Positions 27,299-41,329 of a stretch of 64,000 nucleotides of DNA are shown here, piece after piece. The first letter of the stretch is position 1. Every line of letters starts with the position of its first letter. Source of the DNA: Octopus vulgaris (Eukaryota); NCBI GenBank assembly GCA_951406725.2, contig OX597824.1:52576001-52640000 (forward strand), in the 5' to 3' direction. The notes under the pieces are model-generated. The model had not been told where the DNA came from. It saw only the letters and a list, made by a program, of their open reading frames with translations, and ran no database searches. Position numbers and translations under genes: made by a program.

Positions 27299-27635
27299 AC
27301 ATATATATATATATATACACATGTATATATGTCTTCGAAAGAACATTTTTATAAACATAACTAATTATATAGGTGTCATGTCAAAGCATATCAGTTCACT
27401 CCTTCAGTTTGTTTCTCATATGTAAGTATATAATTTTTAATATAGAAAAATCCATTTTTAAACATTGGGACTGTGAAGACAACTAAACTTATTAATCTGC
27501 ACATATAGTTTTATAAAGTGTAATACTGTCAGCTTTAAGAATATGTAAACTGTTTACATTGGAGGATTGTTTAAAATTTTAAATATTTTAATCTTTTTAA
27601 TCTGGATTGTTGAAAGTTGTTGAAAAAACATGCTG

Positions 27636-27680
<45 letters not shown>

Positions 27681-27816
27681 CATCATCATAATAGTCATGA
27701 TAATTTTAATGTCTAACTTTTTTATTGCATGGCTGGGACAAAATTTCTTGAGGCTGACTTTTCTATGGTACACAGGTGCATACTTATAAATGGATACATA
27801 TATATATATATGTATG

Positions 27817-27866
<50 letters not shown>

Positions 27867-28577
27867 ATGCACATATATATATCCATGCATATAAATACAT
27901 ACATGTATATATGTATTTTTATATATATGTATATACATATATATATATATATATATATTTAATTTATCTATATATATCTATATATATATTCATATGCATA
28001 TATATGTGCATATTTATACACATATATATATATATATACACACATATATATTAAAGAATCAAAATTATCACAGAACTGTCGCTCAAAGTTTCACACTCCC
28101 GTTTGTCAGACAGTTGTGATAAATGCCTTTGGTAGTTATGTAGAATTTTTTCCACTTTGTTTTGCACTTATGTGCTCATCTGTGTGTTTGTTTGAATCTA
28201 TATATATATGTGTGTGTGTGTATATATATATATATACATACACAAACATACACATATACATACACAAACATACACATATATATTTATATATATATTTGTA
28301 TGTTCCTATTATATACTGTTTGATAAGCAGGTATTCATTTATTTCTACATATAAGGGTTGTACAATGATGTATAAAGAAATTTTAACCATTCAGCTAATG
28401 AATAATATTCCTTTAGCTGATCAAATCTGTAATCTTAACACCATTACACACTTTACTAGCTAGGTTTTGCATGCTTTAAGATATATGGTGCATTTTATAA
28501 ATATGCCTGTTCAAATATCATAATAGCATGAATTTGTTAGTAGCTCTTTTATTTCTGTATTTAAATTTATATATATA

Positions 28578-28792
28578 CAGGGTTGTCCAAATGTCACCTG
28601 ACAGTAAATCAGAACCATTTTATTCCAAGATTTATTTATGGTTAACAACTGAATATATTTAATAAAAATGTTTAAATATGAAACATTATGAAAATTGTTG
28701 AGTGACAAATTTTTCCATTTGATTCAATACAGAATTACAGATAGTATTTATGGAATTTTTATTTACTGTCCAGTAACTTTTGGCCAACTCTG
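28578..28792. mobile_element. Tc1/mariner-type MITE
   Basis: TA-CAGGGTTGTCCAAATGTCACCTGACAGTAAA ... TTTACTGTCCAGTAACTTTTGGCCAACTCTG-TA. Confidence 0.85.
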
Positions 28793-28807
28793 TATACATA
28801 TATATTC

Positions 28808-29013
28808 TTTTCTACTATAAGCACAAAGCCCGGAAATTTTGGAGAGGTGGACATTCGATTAGATCGACCCCAGTACACAACTGGTACTTAATTTATCAAC
28901 CTTGAAAGGATGAAAGGCAAAGTCTACCTCAGTGGAGTTTGAACTCAGAATGTAAACAGATGAAATACCACTAAGCATTTCGCCCAGTATGCTAACATTT
29001 TTGTCAGTTCACC
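28808..29013 (-). mobile_element. SINE family A copy, CpG-decayed
   Basis: Matches the consensus with many CG>TG/CA changes. Confidence 0.85.
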
Positions 29014-29021
29014 TACATATA

Positions 29022-29056
<35 letters not shown>

Positions 29057-29415
29057 GGCTGAAAATTATAAAATTATGGATGCTACAATATATATATATA
29101 TATATATGTATATATTTTGCAGCATCCATGATTTCATAATTTTTCACCATCCATGAAAACGTGCTAAAACATGAACAAATATTACATTGCTTGGAAACAG
29201 GTAATGGATTGGTAACAGGGATTGCATCTAGCTGTAGAGAAATTGCCTCAATCCCATTTGACCCATACAGTAGTGTAATTAAAATGATGATGATGATGAT
29301 GTTGATGACGAAAATGATGATAGTGATGATGATTATGCCATATCCCTTTTGGTACTGATATATATATATATATATATATGCAGAGATAAAGAGGAAGAGA
29401 GATAGATAGATAGAT

Positions 29416-29463
<48 letters not shown>

Positions 29464-29554
29464 TATATGTATATATATATATATGTGTGTGTGTGTGTAG
29501 ATATAAATATATAAATATATATCTGTATGTATGAGTATTCATTTTCACAGACAC

Positions 29555-29604
<50 letters not shown>

Positions 29605-30662
29605 ACGCGCGCGTGTGCGCACCTGTCTGTCCATCATTAGAATCCTTGATTATACTCAAACATACACATGCGCATACACATGAACATACACACACAAGTG
29701 CACACACACGCATACACATGTTTATAAGAGGCAATATTATAAATATTCCCAATATATAAGCAAAATCATTTATATTTAAATGCTTTAAAACCTTTTCAAA
29801 TATATTAAAACATATAGCAACAAGTTTAACATTACTAGTTATCACATAATGATAGTAGGATAAAGTCTTCTTGCTGAATCTGGTAAATATGAATTGATTA
29901 AAGAATTTCTGGTACTTAATTCAATGATTTACAATGTTTTTACTTGTTTTGAATAAAGAAATTTAATGTTGCAAACTAAATTTGTTAATTTATATGATTT
30001 GTGATATGGGAACAAGGTCAACTTTAAAGGTAATAGATATATTACTACTAATTGATTTGTCAAGTTCAGAGATAATTGTCCTCAGTATATGATTCATGCC
30101 TATTTTATAGACTCTGAAACATTAAAGTCTACAACAACCACTTTGAAATTTAAAGCCATTATAGAAAGGTGTTATGACTACCTACTGCAAGGCATTTTGT
30201 CTGGTATCCTACAATTCCTAGCACACCATTACTTTGTAAAGGTAAAAATATTAGCAGATTAAACAATCAAGTAAATTGTTTGCAGTTCTTCACTGATATC
30301 TATTTTGGTCAACCCTCAATACTGAAAGACATAGTTGACTCAAGTGTAATTAGAACACAGAACATATACAAATATCAATATCAGTATAATAGAAAAGATT
30401 GCAGGTAAAAACATATTTCTTCCAACTCTTTGATTATTTGCTTTCTTTGAAAAAGGGTATCTTTTCTGAAATAGTAAAGGACCATTAAACAGTATGAGTA
30501 AGGTATTTTCTTTTCTCTTTGTTTTTCATTTATTGACATCACCTTACATACTTTGCCTAACTTCTCACCTGCATTGGTTTACAAGTTTTTTCAAACATTT
30601 ACATCAATTACCATAAAATGTATTTTCTAGTGTTCTACCAATGACTCTACCATCGACTGTCC

Positions 30663-30715
<53 letters not shown>

Positions 30716-30944
30716 CATTATTATTTATGATGATGATGATGAGGGGAAGGAGGAGGAGTGGATTTCTAACTTGAACATGAAGCCATTAACTTTTGGCTGG
30801 AGTGATTACTTTTATGTGCTTCTGTATTTGAATGATCCATATTTCATCAAATCTAGAAGGACAGCAAGATTTGAATTCAGAACATAATGTGATGTGGTTT
30901 CTTTTATATGCTACTGATTACTGATTCTGCCATTCATTATAATT

Positions 30945-30945
<1 letters not shown>

Positions 30946-31013
<68 letters not shown>
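30946..31013. repeat. (GTA)n microsatellite
   Basis: Direct reading. Confidence 0.97.
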
Positions 31014-31021
31014 ATAATTGA

Positions 31022-31465
31022 TGGTTTCAAATTTTGTCATGAGGCCAGCAATTTTGGAGGTGGGTGTAATCTGATTACATCAATCCCAGTACTCGACTAT
31101 TCTTATTTTATTGATCTCAAAAGGGATGAAAGGCAAAGTTGATCTCAGCAGAATTTCAAATCAGAATGTAAAGTTAGAAGAAATGCTGCTAAGCATTTTT
31201 TTCCAGTGCTGTAATAATTCTGCTGGTTCATCACCTTAACAATAATAACAACAATAGTTTCTGATTTATGAACAGGCCCAGAAATTTTAAGGGAACAGGA
31301 TTAGTAGAAGCCAATGACCACAATACTCAAATGGTGCTTTACTGTATTGACCCCAAAGCAATGAAAGACAAATTTGATGTCAGTAAGATTTTGAACTCTA
31401 AAAGTTAAGAATTATGAATAAATACAGAAGATATTTTGTCTAATGCTCAAACAATTTTGCCAATC
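31022..31465 (-). mobile_element. Two old SINE family A copies
   Basis: gggatgaaaggcaaagttgatctcagcagaattt, and gaccccaaagcaatgaaagacaaatttgatgtcag. Confidence 0.75.
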
Positions 31466-31520
31466 CCCATTCAAATAATAATAGCAGTAACAATGATGGT
31501 AGTAGTGGTGGTGGTGGTGG

Positions 31521-31559
<39 letters not shown>

Positions 31560-32779
31560 CGATGACGATGACGATGACGACGACGACGACGATGAAGATT
31601 TTCAACAAATTGGGTTCAATCAATATCTATGACAAAATATTTTGGTATTTGTGGCATTCAAACTTTCCTTAGTGGTGATAAGGATCTGAAATTAATAGTA
31701 TCTATCAGAAATAAAGTGGTGGGTTGTGAAGTTGATGTCTCTCTCAAAGAAGATAATGAGTCATGTACAGCACCAGGACATTATAAGCAAGAGACATATA
31801 TGTCTCTTGCTTTATGTGACGTTCTGCATTAATGTAATGCATTTGCCGAAGACATATTGCTAGAAGGATAGCATGATGTTGTTGAGGGGAGGTTCATGCT
31901 TCTCCCAAAACAGGCTCTATTGATTAGCCCACATTACTCAGTAAGAAGCATAGAGCTGGTTTCTTGGTTTCTCCTGTATATATATTCCTCTTTGGATAGG
32001 ACACTTGATCAATGTGAAATAAAGTGTTTTGCTCAAGAATGGTCCAAGAATTGAAACTAGAATCTTATGATCATGAGTCCAATACCCTAACCACTAAGCC
32101 ATGTACCTCCACAAGAAGCTCTGTTGGGAAAAGTAAAAAGTTAATGGGAAGTGGTGATGTTCATGACTCTTCAAAACAATTCATTTCCTATCCCCATGTT
32201 ATTTGTTATAGTTAGCCTTGTTTATTATTAGCATTTTTGGGGGCGGTTTTAAGGTTGTTTATATCCTTATTTATTTCCTGATATTACTGACAAAGTATTT
32301 GTTTCTTGGGTTAATAGATTAAATTGTTAATTGATTGATCAGATAGTTGATTAAATGAAATTATTAATTTGCTATTGAAACTAAAATGTTTAAACCATAA
32401 ATGCTTTCTCATTAAAAATATGATTCAAGAAAATGTAACTTCTGATCATTCTTGACAGAATTAGATCAATAAAGTATTAGCCCACATTGAACAATAGCTA
32501 CTTGGAAAACCAGTAAAGACCATATACATATATATATATAAGTTGTTTCTCTTTTGAAGAAATTAGAAACAATAGATAACATTTACTGGACAAAAGGGCT
32601 CAGTAACAAAGTAGAGTCTAAATATTTTATTGAACACCGTATTTCTTTCAAATAAAGTATACGTATTTATGTGTGCAAGAGTGTTTATGAAGATAGGAGT
32701 ATATGTATTTTTATTTAATAATATAAATGATAGTTTATGTGTATGTGTGGGAAAGATAGAGAGTTTGTTGAGTTCAGTG

Positions 32780-32874
32780 TATATATATATAGATATATGT
32801 ATATATATACATGTATATGTATATATGTATATGTATATATATATACATGTATATGTATATATATATGTATATAT

Positions 32875-32918
<44 letters not shown>

Positions 32919-32968
32919 GTATATATAGATGTATATATATATATGTATGTATCTAAATGTATATATAA

Positions 32969-33009
<41 letters not shown>

Positions 33010-33214
33010 TGTATATATATATATATATGTATGTATCTATATGTATATATAAATGTATGTATATATATATATATATGCATGCATATATATATATATGTAT
33101 GTATCTATATGTATATATAAATGTATGTATATATATGCATGCATATATATATATGTATGTATCTATATGTATATATACATGTATGTATATATATATGCAT
33201 GTATATATATATGC

Positions 33215-33252
<38 letters not shown>

Positions 33253-33435
33253 TGCATACATATATATATATGCATGTATACATATATATATGCATGTATA
33301 TATATATATGTATGCATGTATATATATATATGCATGTATATATATATGTATGCATGTATATATATATATATATGTATGTATATATATATATGTATATATA
33401 TATATGTATGCATATATATATATATATATATATAA
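32780..33435. repeat. (TA)/(TATG)/(TGCA) compound microsatellite
   Basis: Direct reading. Confidence 0.95.
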
Positions 33436-33440
33436 ATATA

Positions 33441-33849
33441 CTCTTTTTTTACTCTTTTACTTGTTTCAGTCATTTGACTGTGGCCATGCTGGAGCACCGC
33501 CTTTAGTCGAGCAAATCGACCCCGGGATTTATTCTTTGTAAGCCCAGTACTTATTCTATCGGTCTCTTTTTGCCAAACCGCTAAGTGACGGGGACGTAAA
33601 CACACCAGCATCGGTTGTCAAGCAATGCTAGGGAACAAACACAGATACACAAACATATACACACACATATATATATACATATATACGACAGGCTTCTTTC
33701 AGTTTCCGTCTACCAAATCCACTCACAAGGCATTGGTCGGCCCGGGGCTATAGTAGAAGACACATGCCCAAGATGCCACGCAGTGGGACTGAACCCGGAA
33801 CCATGTGGTTGGTTAGCAAGCTACTTACCACACAGCCACTCCTGCGCCT
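33441..33849 (-). mobile_element. SINE family B, full length
   Basis: Reverse complement starts aggcgcaggagtggctgtgtggtaag (A-box), has ggttcagtcccac (B-box) and an internal (TA/CA) tract, and ends gtaaaagagtaaaa. Confidence 0.92.
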
Positions 33850-34813
33850 ATATATATATATATATATAATTAATTAAAAAAATAAAGAAAAACAGACAAG
33901 AAAAAAGGACATGGTACATGCAAATTAATATATAGAAAACAAGCATGAGTTGAATTATAATATATATGTGGAAGTTGATAACTGAAGTATTATTATAGAC
34001 AAGAAAGTTTAATTTTCTCTACATCATTGCTTTCTCCAACAATTATTCATTACATGAATAATTGGAGTTACACTGTTGTTGCTTGTTGCTGCAGTGTACA
34101 GGAGTTCTCCCTTGTTTGGTAGACTTGAGCAAAGGGAAATGTGAAGTGCCTTTTCTGGTGACACACTTCAGTGATATGGCTTGGCAGAATATGAAGCATG
34201 AACCATGAAACACCTTGGCAAATTAGGAGCCACCTATTAATTGTACTAGCTCTCATTTTCACTAAAAATCAGTACCTTCACATGGTCTTTTGGCATGCTA
34301 GAAATAACAGACAACTATCCAGTGATCAAAAATAAAGGTACATTGGATAATATACTCCTAAACACTCAATACAATGATTAAAAAAACAAACAGAAAATAG
34401 TTTGGTGATGGTTGGAATGATTTTGGTCATAAATTTGTTCAGTCAAGATTGACTTAAGGCCAAACAAAACTGACATCAATAATTGAAACTTCAAAATCAA
34501 ATAGAAAATAAAACAGAAATCAGGATTATATTTTTTTTCCCAAAATCTATAAAAAGCAAGGAAGTAGACAAAAAAATATCTGAAGAAATAAATAGATAAA
34601 AACTACAAGCAAAACGCAAAACAAACACAACTAGTTACCAACCGAGTGTGACTGTGCTTGTTTTACTCTGTTGTTATATTTTTATGATCTTAAATAATTG
34701 GTTTTGGTGGACACCTTTTGCAGTTTTCAGATTTGCACTGTGGACCTCTTTGTAATTGGGTTTAATCTCCATTAAAACCCACCAATCTCACCAAACACTA
34801 TCATTACACTCTG

Positions 34814-34854
<41 letters not shown>

Positions 34855-35124
34855 TTAATACAATTTTACAATTTCCCCACATTTTATTTGTGTCTTTTAG
34901 TTTTTTATTTTATATTTATTTATTTGAATTTCAGACTTCAAACAGTAAATATTTGTTACTTCACAATAATGTTTCAACTTATCAAACTGAGGTCTATAGA
35001 TTTTTGAGTTCTATTTATACAATCAAAATCAAATTTTCCTGTCTTTGTAAATTCAATTCCAATTCTATATATATATGTATATATATATATATATATAGGT
35101 GTGTTACATTTTTCACCTTCATCT

Positions 35125-35126
<2 letters not shown>

Positions 35127-35221
<95 letters not shown>

Positions 35222-35235
35222 CATTATTATTATTA
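35127..35235. repeat. (ATT)n microsatellite
   Basis: Direct reading. Confidence 0.97.
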
Positions 35236-35884
35236 AACATACATACATGCACACATAAGTATAAGTTCATAAGTGTAAGTTCATGCCATAAACGAATGGT
35301 GAAACCACAAATGGCTCAGGAACCGGACATAATCCTACATTTATCTATCATGATGATGATGAAAGCTGTAACTCAATTTCAAGACATGGCATTACTTGAT
35401 ATCTTTTTTAAATATAAATAGCATGAATGCAGTTTACAGTCATGCTAGGGGCCTATACTACTTTGCACAGATGTGGCAATGATGGACACCTCTTGCAGCA
35501 GATGTTCAGAGAGCTAAGGACCCTTACTGACACATGCCTCCATTCCATCACAGAATTTTTCATTGAGTATTTTCCCTCTTTGACTATTGCTAGCCATAGT
35601 ATATAACACATAACAGAACTGTTAAATAGCAAGCAATGCCTGTAAGTGAAACTCTTGGAAGACGGAAAATTCTAATGTAATGCCTGCAACTGTGTTTGCA
35701 TCCAATGATGTAAACTAGTTCTTTTTGAGCAAACATATATATTGTGTAGAGAGTGGGATTAGCCCTCAGTTTCAAGCAAATATATGTTTAATCTCTCTAT
35801 CTCTCCTTTTTCCCCTCTCTACATTTATATCTATCTATCTATCTATATCTATATATATATATATATACATATACATCATTATTA

Positions 35885-36058
35885 TCATCATCATCGTTTA
35901 GCGTCCACTTTCCATGCTAGCATGGGCTGGACGGTTCAACTGGGGTCTGGGAAGCCAGAAGGCTGCACCAGGCCCAGTCTGATCTGGCAATGTTCCTACG
36001 GCTGGATGCCCTTCCTAACGCCAACCACTCAGTGAGTGTAGTGGGTGCTTTTTATGCA
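35885..36058 (-). mobile_element. RTE 3'-end fragment with (GAT)n tail
   Basis: Near-identical to 36841-37020. Confidence 0.85.
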
Positions 36059-36469
36059 TTGATAGATAGATAGATATGTATTAACCTATATATATATATC
36101 AACAAAAAATATTGTGTGGCTTGTGTATGTATGTATCTATGTATATGTGTTTATGTGTGTATACATGTATACACGTGTGTGCACACATACACACACACAC
36201 GCATAGCACATTTTGATAATTTTTCTCAAATGAATGTGAAAGAGAAAACTCAAACACATTTAAGTGTATTTGATTTTATTTAAACTGACTACCTTCCTCA
36301 CAGCATGAGCAACACACCACAGTAGTCATCAGGTAATACACATGCCCAAACGTGTGTGTGTGTGTGTGTGCCTCTGCATGTCGGTATATTTGTGCATGTG
36401 TGAACATGCATGTGTGAACATGCATGTGTGTGTGAGCGTGCATGTATATATATATATATATATTTATAT

Positions 36470-36815
36470 ATCATCATCATCATCATTATCATCATCGTTT
36501 AACGTCCATTTTCCGCGCTAGCACGGGTTGGACAGTTCGACCAGGGTCTGGGAAGCCAGGGGCTGCACCAGGCTCCAGTCTGATCTGGCAGAGTTTCTAC
36601 AGCTGGATGCCCTTCCTAACGCCAACCACTCCGCGAGTGTAGTGGGTGCTTTTTACGTGCCACCTGCACAGGTGCAAGGGGGTTCCGGCATCGGCCACAA
36701 TCGGTTGGAGCTTTTAACGTGCCACCGGCACGGAAGCCAGCCAAGGCGGCGCTGGCAACGGCCACGTTCGGATGGTGCTTTTTATGTGCTACCAGCACAG
36801 AAACCAGTCAGCACA
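36470..36815 (-). mobile_element. RTE 3'-end-related element with internal tandem repeats
   Basis: Same 3' end; three copies of gctttt(t)a.gtgc.acc.gcac. Confidence 0.8.
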
Positions 36816-36840
36816 GAATATATATATATATATATATATA

Positions 36841-37612
36841 TCATCATCATCATCATCGTCTAACGTCCGTTCTCCATGCTAGCATGGGTTGGACGGTTCG
36901 ACCGGGGATCTGGGAAGCCAGAAGGCTGTACCAGGCTCCAGTCTTATCTGGCAATGTTTCTACAGCTGGATGCCCTTCCTAACGCCAACCACTCCGTGAG
37001 TGTAGTGGATGCTTTTTACGTGCCACCCGCACAGGTGCCAGGCGAGGCTGGTGCCTCAACAGGTCTTTGTGTCCAAGGGAGGAAAGGCATGCATAAGTGG
37101 GCTGGGCTCACTTGTCCTGCCTGGTCTTCTCATGTACAGCATATTTCCAAAGGTCTCGGTCGCTGGTCATTTCCTCAGTGAGGCCTAAAGTTCAAAGGTC
37201 GTGCTTCACCACCTCGTCCCAGGTTTTCCTGGGTCTACCTCTTCCACGGGTTCCCTCAACTGCTAGGGATTGGCACTTTTTCACACACCTATCTTCATCC
37301 ATTCTCGCCACATGACCATACCAGCGCAATCGTCTTTCATGCACACCACAACTGATGCTTCTTAGGTACAACATTTCTCTCAAGGTACTAACGCTCTGTC
37401 GAGTATGTACACTGACATTACACATCCATCGGAGCATACTGGCTTCATTCCTCGTGAGCTTACGCATGTCCTCAGCAGTCACAGCCCATGTTTCACTACC
37501 ATGTAGCATGGCTGTTCGTACACATGCATCATACAGTCTGCCTTTTACTCTAAGCGAGAGGCCTTTAGTCACCAGCAGAGGTAAGAGCTCCCTAAACTTA
37601 GCTTCCATTATC
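36841..37612 (-). mobile_element. 5'-truncated RTE-clade LINE (ORF C-terminus plus 3' UTR)
   Basis: 'KFRELLPLL...SLRVKGRLYDACVRTAMLHGSETWAV...RRLRWYGHVARMDEDRCVKK...GTRGRGRPRKTWDEVVKHDL'; (GAT)n tail. Confidence 0.93.
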
Positions 37613-38749
37613 TAGGTGACCAAGTCAGTAGTGGGGGGGGGGGTGCGTTGAAAGTGTAACTGCTAGAATAAGAATATATATATAGTTATATATATATATG
37701 GATGGATGTATTATATTTGTTTATACTTGATCATGAAAAACTATGAAGGTGTTCAACATACACATTAGAAAACATCAAATCTAAGCATGCTGACCAGGAT
37801 TGTAGACTCTGTACAGTCACAGTGCTACAATCTTGTTTAGTCAACCAACCTTCTCAGAATATTAAAAGAACAGTTCCATAGCATATGACAAACATACACT
37901 AAACAAAGTGGAAAAAGGAAATATTTCCATTGCCCACTTACTACAAACCCAGATTTAATCTCAACACATTTACCATATTTATCCATGGGATATGAAGAAT
38001 GGGTTTTGAGATAATGGGATATATAATCAGATTTTCACATTATGTGTTACCCAAAGCTTTAAACTGTTATCCATTATTTTTCTTTTTAAATTCACAGACA
38101 TAGCCAGGTTATCACTTATGCATATATGAAATACACAGTTGTGATTGACTGTGTGTGCTTGTATATGTGTGTAGTAATATTAGTTTGTACAAGCATGAAT
38201 GTATGAGCATTTATTATGCATCATTTAAATAGCTACTCATACTTGTATGCTGGCATGTGCACACATACACACAAGCTCACACACATGTGAAGATATATAC
38301 ATATATACATATACATACATATATACATATATATATATGCACATTTTATATGACAATAGACATATTATTTCATGGAACTTTGTTCCAAGCCTATTTTTTT
38401 TCTATTAAAATATCAAGCAATTCTCTTATTGTTCCAAGACCATTATAATGCAGTCACATTTCTCATTATCAGACATAATTCCCAAGAGTATAACAGCACA
38501 ATAACTGTATACTTTGTGTAAATAAAATTTTTCCTTTCTTGCTGCTTTTTTTTCTGTTATCATGGCTATATCATTTATGTATACATGATTTATGGTATAA
38601 TAACCACACCTATTATAACCATTTGGCTTTCAACACTATATATCTACACATATAGATATACTTATATCATTCATGCTATGTATCATTCTTAAAGTTTTCA
38701 CGAGAACAGAATGGATAACTCTCTATTATCTCATCACAACTTTTGTACT

Positions 38750-38791
<42 letters not shown>

Positions 38792-39130
38792 ACATATATA
38801 TAGTGTTCACAGTAGTCAGAACAAAGATCCAAGGATCCAGGTGTAGAGAGTTAGTAAGCTTCAAGCAGTCCATGGTATGTATAAAAAAACATCTTTCAGG
38901 AACAATATCAGTTTATTGCTGTAGAATATTGTAGGTGTTCCCCATATCAAAGTTCTATCTCCTGCAAGTTCACTTGAGATCTCTTGACAACAATGTAACT
39001 TTCATTTAACTGAAGTATCTTTGGCCTGATGGGTAGCTAGTGGAGCACCCTTCATTGAGTAATTATTACTTCTGAGGTTCTGCTAGCTAGGAAATGTAGC
39101 CTGGATTTTACCTGCTCCATTCCATCAATT

Positions 39131-39186
<56 letters not shown>

Positions 39187-39187
39187 C

Positions 39188-39227
<40 letters not shown>

Positions 39228-39274
39228 ATATATATGTATATATATTTGTGTGTATATATATATGTATATATATA

Positions 39275-39324
<50 letters not shown>

Positions 39325-40149
39325 CACATACACATGCATCAATATCTGAATCTAAATCTATCCCTCTTCCCCTCTGTCTCTGTCTGTCTCTCTCTCAGTA
39401 TACACACACACACACACACACATACAGACATGCACACACACACACACACATGCACACACACACACACACACACACCTATTTCTATAGTCTATAGGTACAT
39501 ATAAAAATGTCCAGCTGTATTTCAGCACCTTTGCTTTTGCTTCAAGTTTTACTCTATTTTCTTGTATTCATATCTTTCAGTTATTCTAATCTCACTCATT
39601 AATCTCATAATTTCACACTCTTTTCTTGAATCTTAATAAAAACTTTACCACCAGTTCTCCTCTTCATTTACCTTCATCTCCCCATTTTGTTTTGATACCC
39701 ACACACATTTCTCTCTCCTTCAATCTGTCTTTATCTTCTCTCCCTCTCTCTTTCTCTTTGTTTCTCCATCCAGTTCTGTCAGTCTTCCACATGTTTATTT
39801 ATCTAACTAATCTACATCTCTGTATAATACATGCTTTTTTATTTTTTCATCTCTCTTAACAATACTCTGATTACTGATTTCTCATTTCTGAGAGAGAATC
39901 GAACCAACTTGCAAATATATTTGACTCATGACTTTGCATTTTGCATAGTAAATTCAGTAGAGAGATATATAAACAGATATATATGTAGGTAACTATATTG
40001 ATTTATAAATACATACATAAATGTTAAATACATGTAACCATGTTTCTTGATACAACATTACAATTATAACACACACATACATACATAAACACACATACAT
40101 ATGGGAATAGAACTAGTTTTGTTATTTATAAGGGAGCATGTGAGTGTGA

Positions 40150-40460
40150 AATTCGTCCAGATGTTGTTCAAAGATGATGGGATCTTTTTCTTCTCTGATT
40201 TTGGGTGTTATTAAATAGAGTAGGGCCTGTTGAGGAAAAGTATTTATGTTGCAATGTGGTTATGTGTTGTAAATCTGTATTGTGTAGGGGGTATATGGCA
40301 CAGGGTCCCAGCCTTGGATGAATTCTGACTTTCATATTACAGTCCTTTGGGTAATGCTGGTGGTATATTCTCTGCATTGTACAAATGATTTAACACTTAT
40401 GGCAATGTTGGAGAGAATAAAGTTTCAGTTTTTTAAGGCAATCTCAATCAAGATCAATCA
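40150..40460 (-). mobile_element. Decayed CR1/Jockey-group LINE C-terminal fragment
   Basis: 'CLKKLKLYSLQH...HPRLG...KYFSSTGPTLFNN...FEQHLDEF' resembles ERLK.L.LYSL.RRR...GP.LFN.LP...FK..LD.F. Confidence 0.6.
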
Positions 40461-40504
40461 TGCCATTTATTTATTTAGTAATTGCTCTCTGGAGTGATTC
40501 CGGT

Positions 40505-40720
40505 CTTTCAAAATGTGACCTTGTGTGTACCGTTAGCGATTTTATTCCTCTGTCTTCCCTTCTCGGGATCTTTCCTTCTCCCATGTTTCTGACGAAGAGC
40601 TTTGCTCGAAACGTTAAACCCTCCTTCTTCCCTTCTTTCCTGAGCGTCCAATAATACTATATTTGTTCCATGTCCTCGCGTTGTGTTTTTTTGTGTTTTC
40701 TTGTTTGGATTAACTATATA
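40505..40720 (+). mobile_element. Short PLE-type non-autonomous element carrying a hammerhead motif
   Basis: Paralogous to 8703-8900(-): gacgaagagc...gctcgaaacgt.a.accctccttcttcc...cctgagcg...aataata; ends in (TA)n. Confidence 0.7.
40585..40619 (+). ncRNA. Minimal type-I hammerhead ribozyme motif
   Basis: GTTT-CTGACGA-A-GAGC-TTT-GCTC-GAAAC-GTT^AAAC; helix I GTTT/AAAC, helix II GAGC/GCTC, palindromic ACGT helix III. Confidence 0.65.
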
Positions 40721-40817
40721 TACATATATATATAATACATACATACACACATATATATATATGTATGTATGCATGTATGTATGTATGTATGTATGTATGT
40801 ATGTCAGTATGTATAGG

Positions 40818-40894
40818 GCTCTGAGGAAGCTATAGGACATTGTACAAGCACTCAGCTCTGAGTGCACTTCTATATAGCAGAAACAGCTGTAAGT
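40818..40894 (+). ncRNA. Type-I hammerhead ribozyme motif with extended helix II
   Basis: GCT-CTGAGGA-A-GCTATAG..GCACTCAG-CT-CTGAGTGC..CTATATAGC-A-GAAAC-AGCT-GTA^AGT. Confidence 0.6.
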
Positions 40895-40986
40895 GAAGAA
40901 GATTAATTTGCTGTTAATAATAAACAATTATTAACTTCCCAATCTTCATTTTCTTTTTCTTATTTTATATGAATATAAACTATATG

Positions 40987-41035
<49 letters not shown>

Positions 41036-41174
41036 GTATTATTTTAAGGAAATTAATTCCCCCCAAATACTAGATATTGAACCAGTATTTCCTTGGATGA
41101 ACCCATCCTGTCATGAGGTTAATACAACCTCTGATCGAAAGTATATATATATATATATATATATGTAATATCAA

Positions 41175-41329
41175 GTGGCTGCATAATAAGATGTTTGCTT
41201 CTCAGTCACATGGTCTTGGATTCAGTCCTGCTGCATGGCACCTTGGGTAAGTGTATTCTACTGTAGCCTTGGGCTGACAAAAGCCTCAGGAGTGATTTTG
41301 GTAAATGGAAATTGAAGGAAGCCCATCGT
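41175..41329 (+). mobile_element. SINE family B 5' half, CpG-decayed
   Basis: ggattcagtcctgctgcatggcaccttgggtaagtg...gaaggaagccc. Confidence 0.8.

Noticed and set aside
37795-37835. Short hairpin as a miRNA candidate (also ~28068-28120)
   Set aside because: Stems are too short or bulged and no known mature miRNA is recognisable
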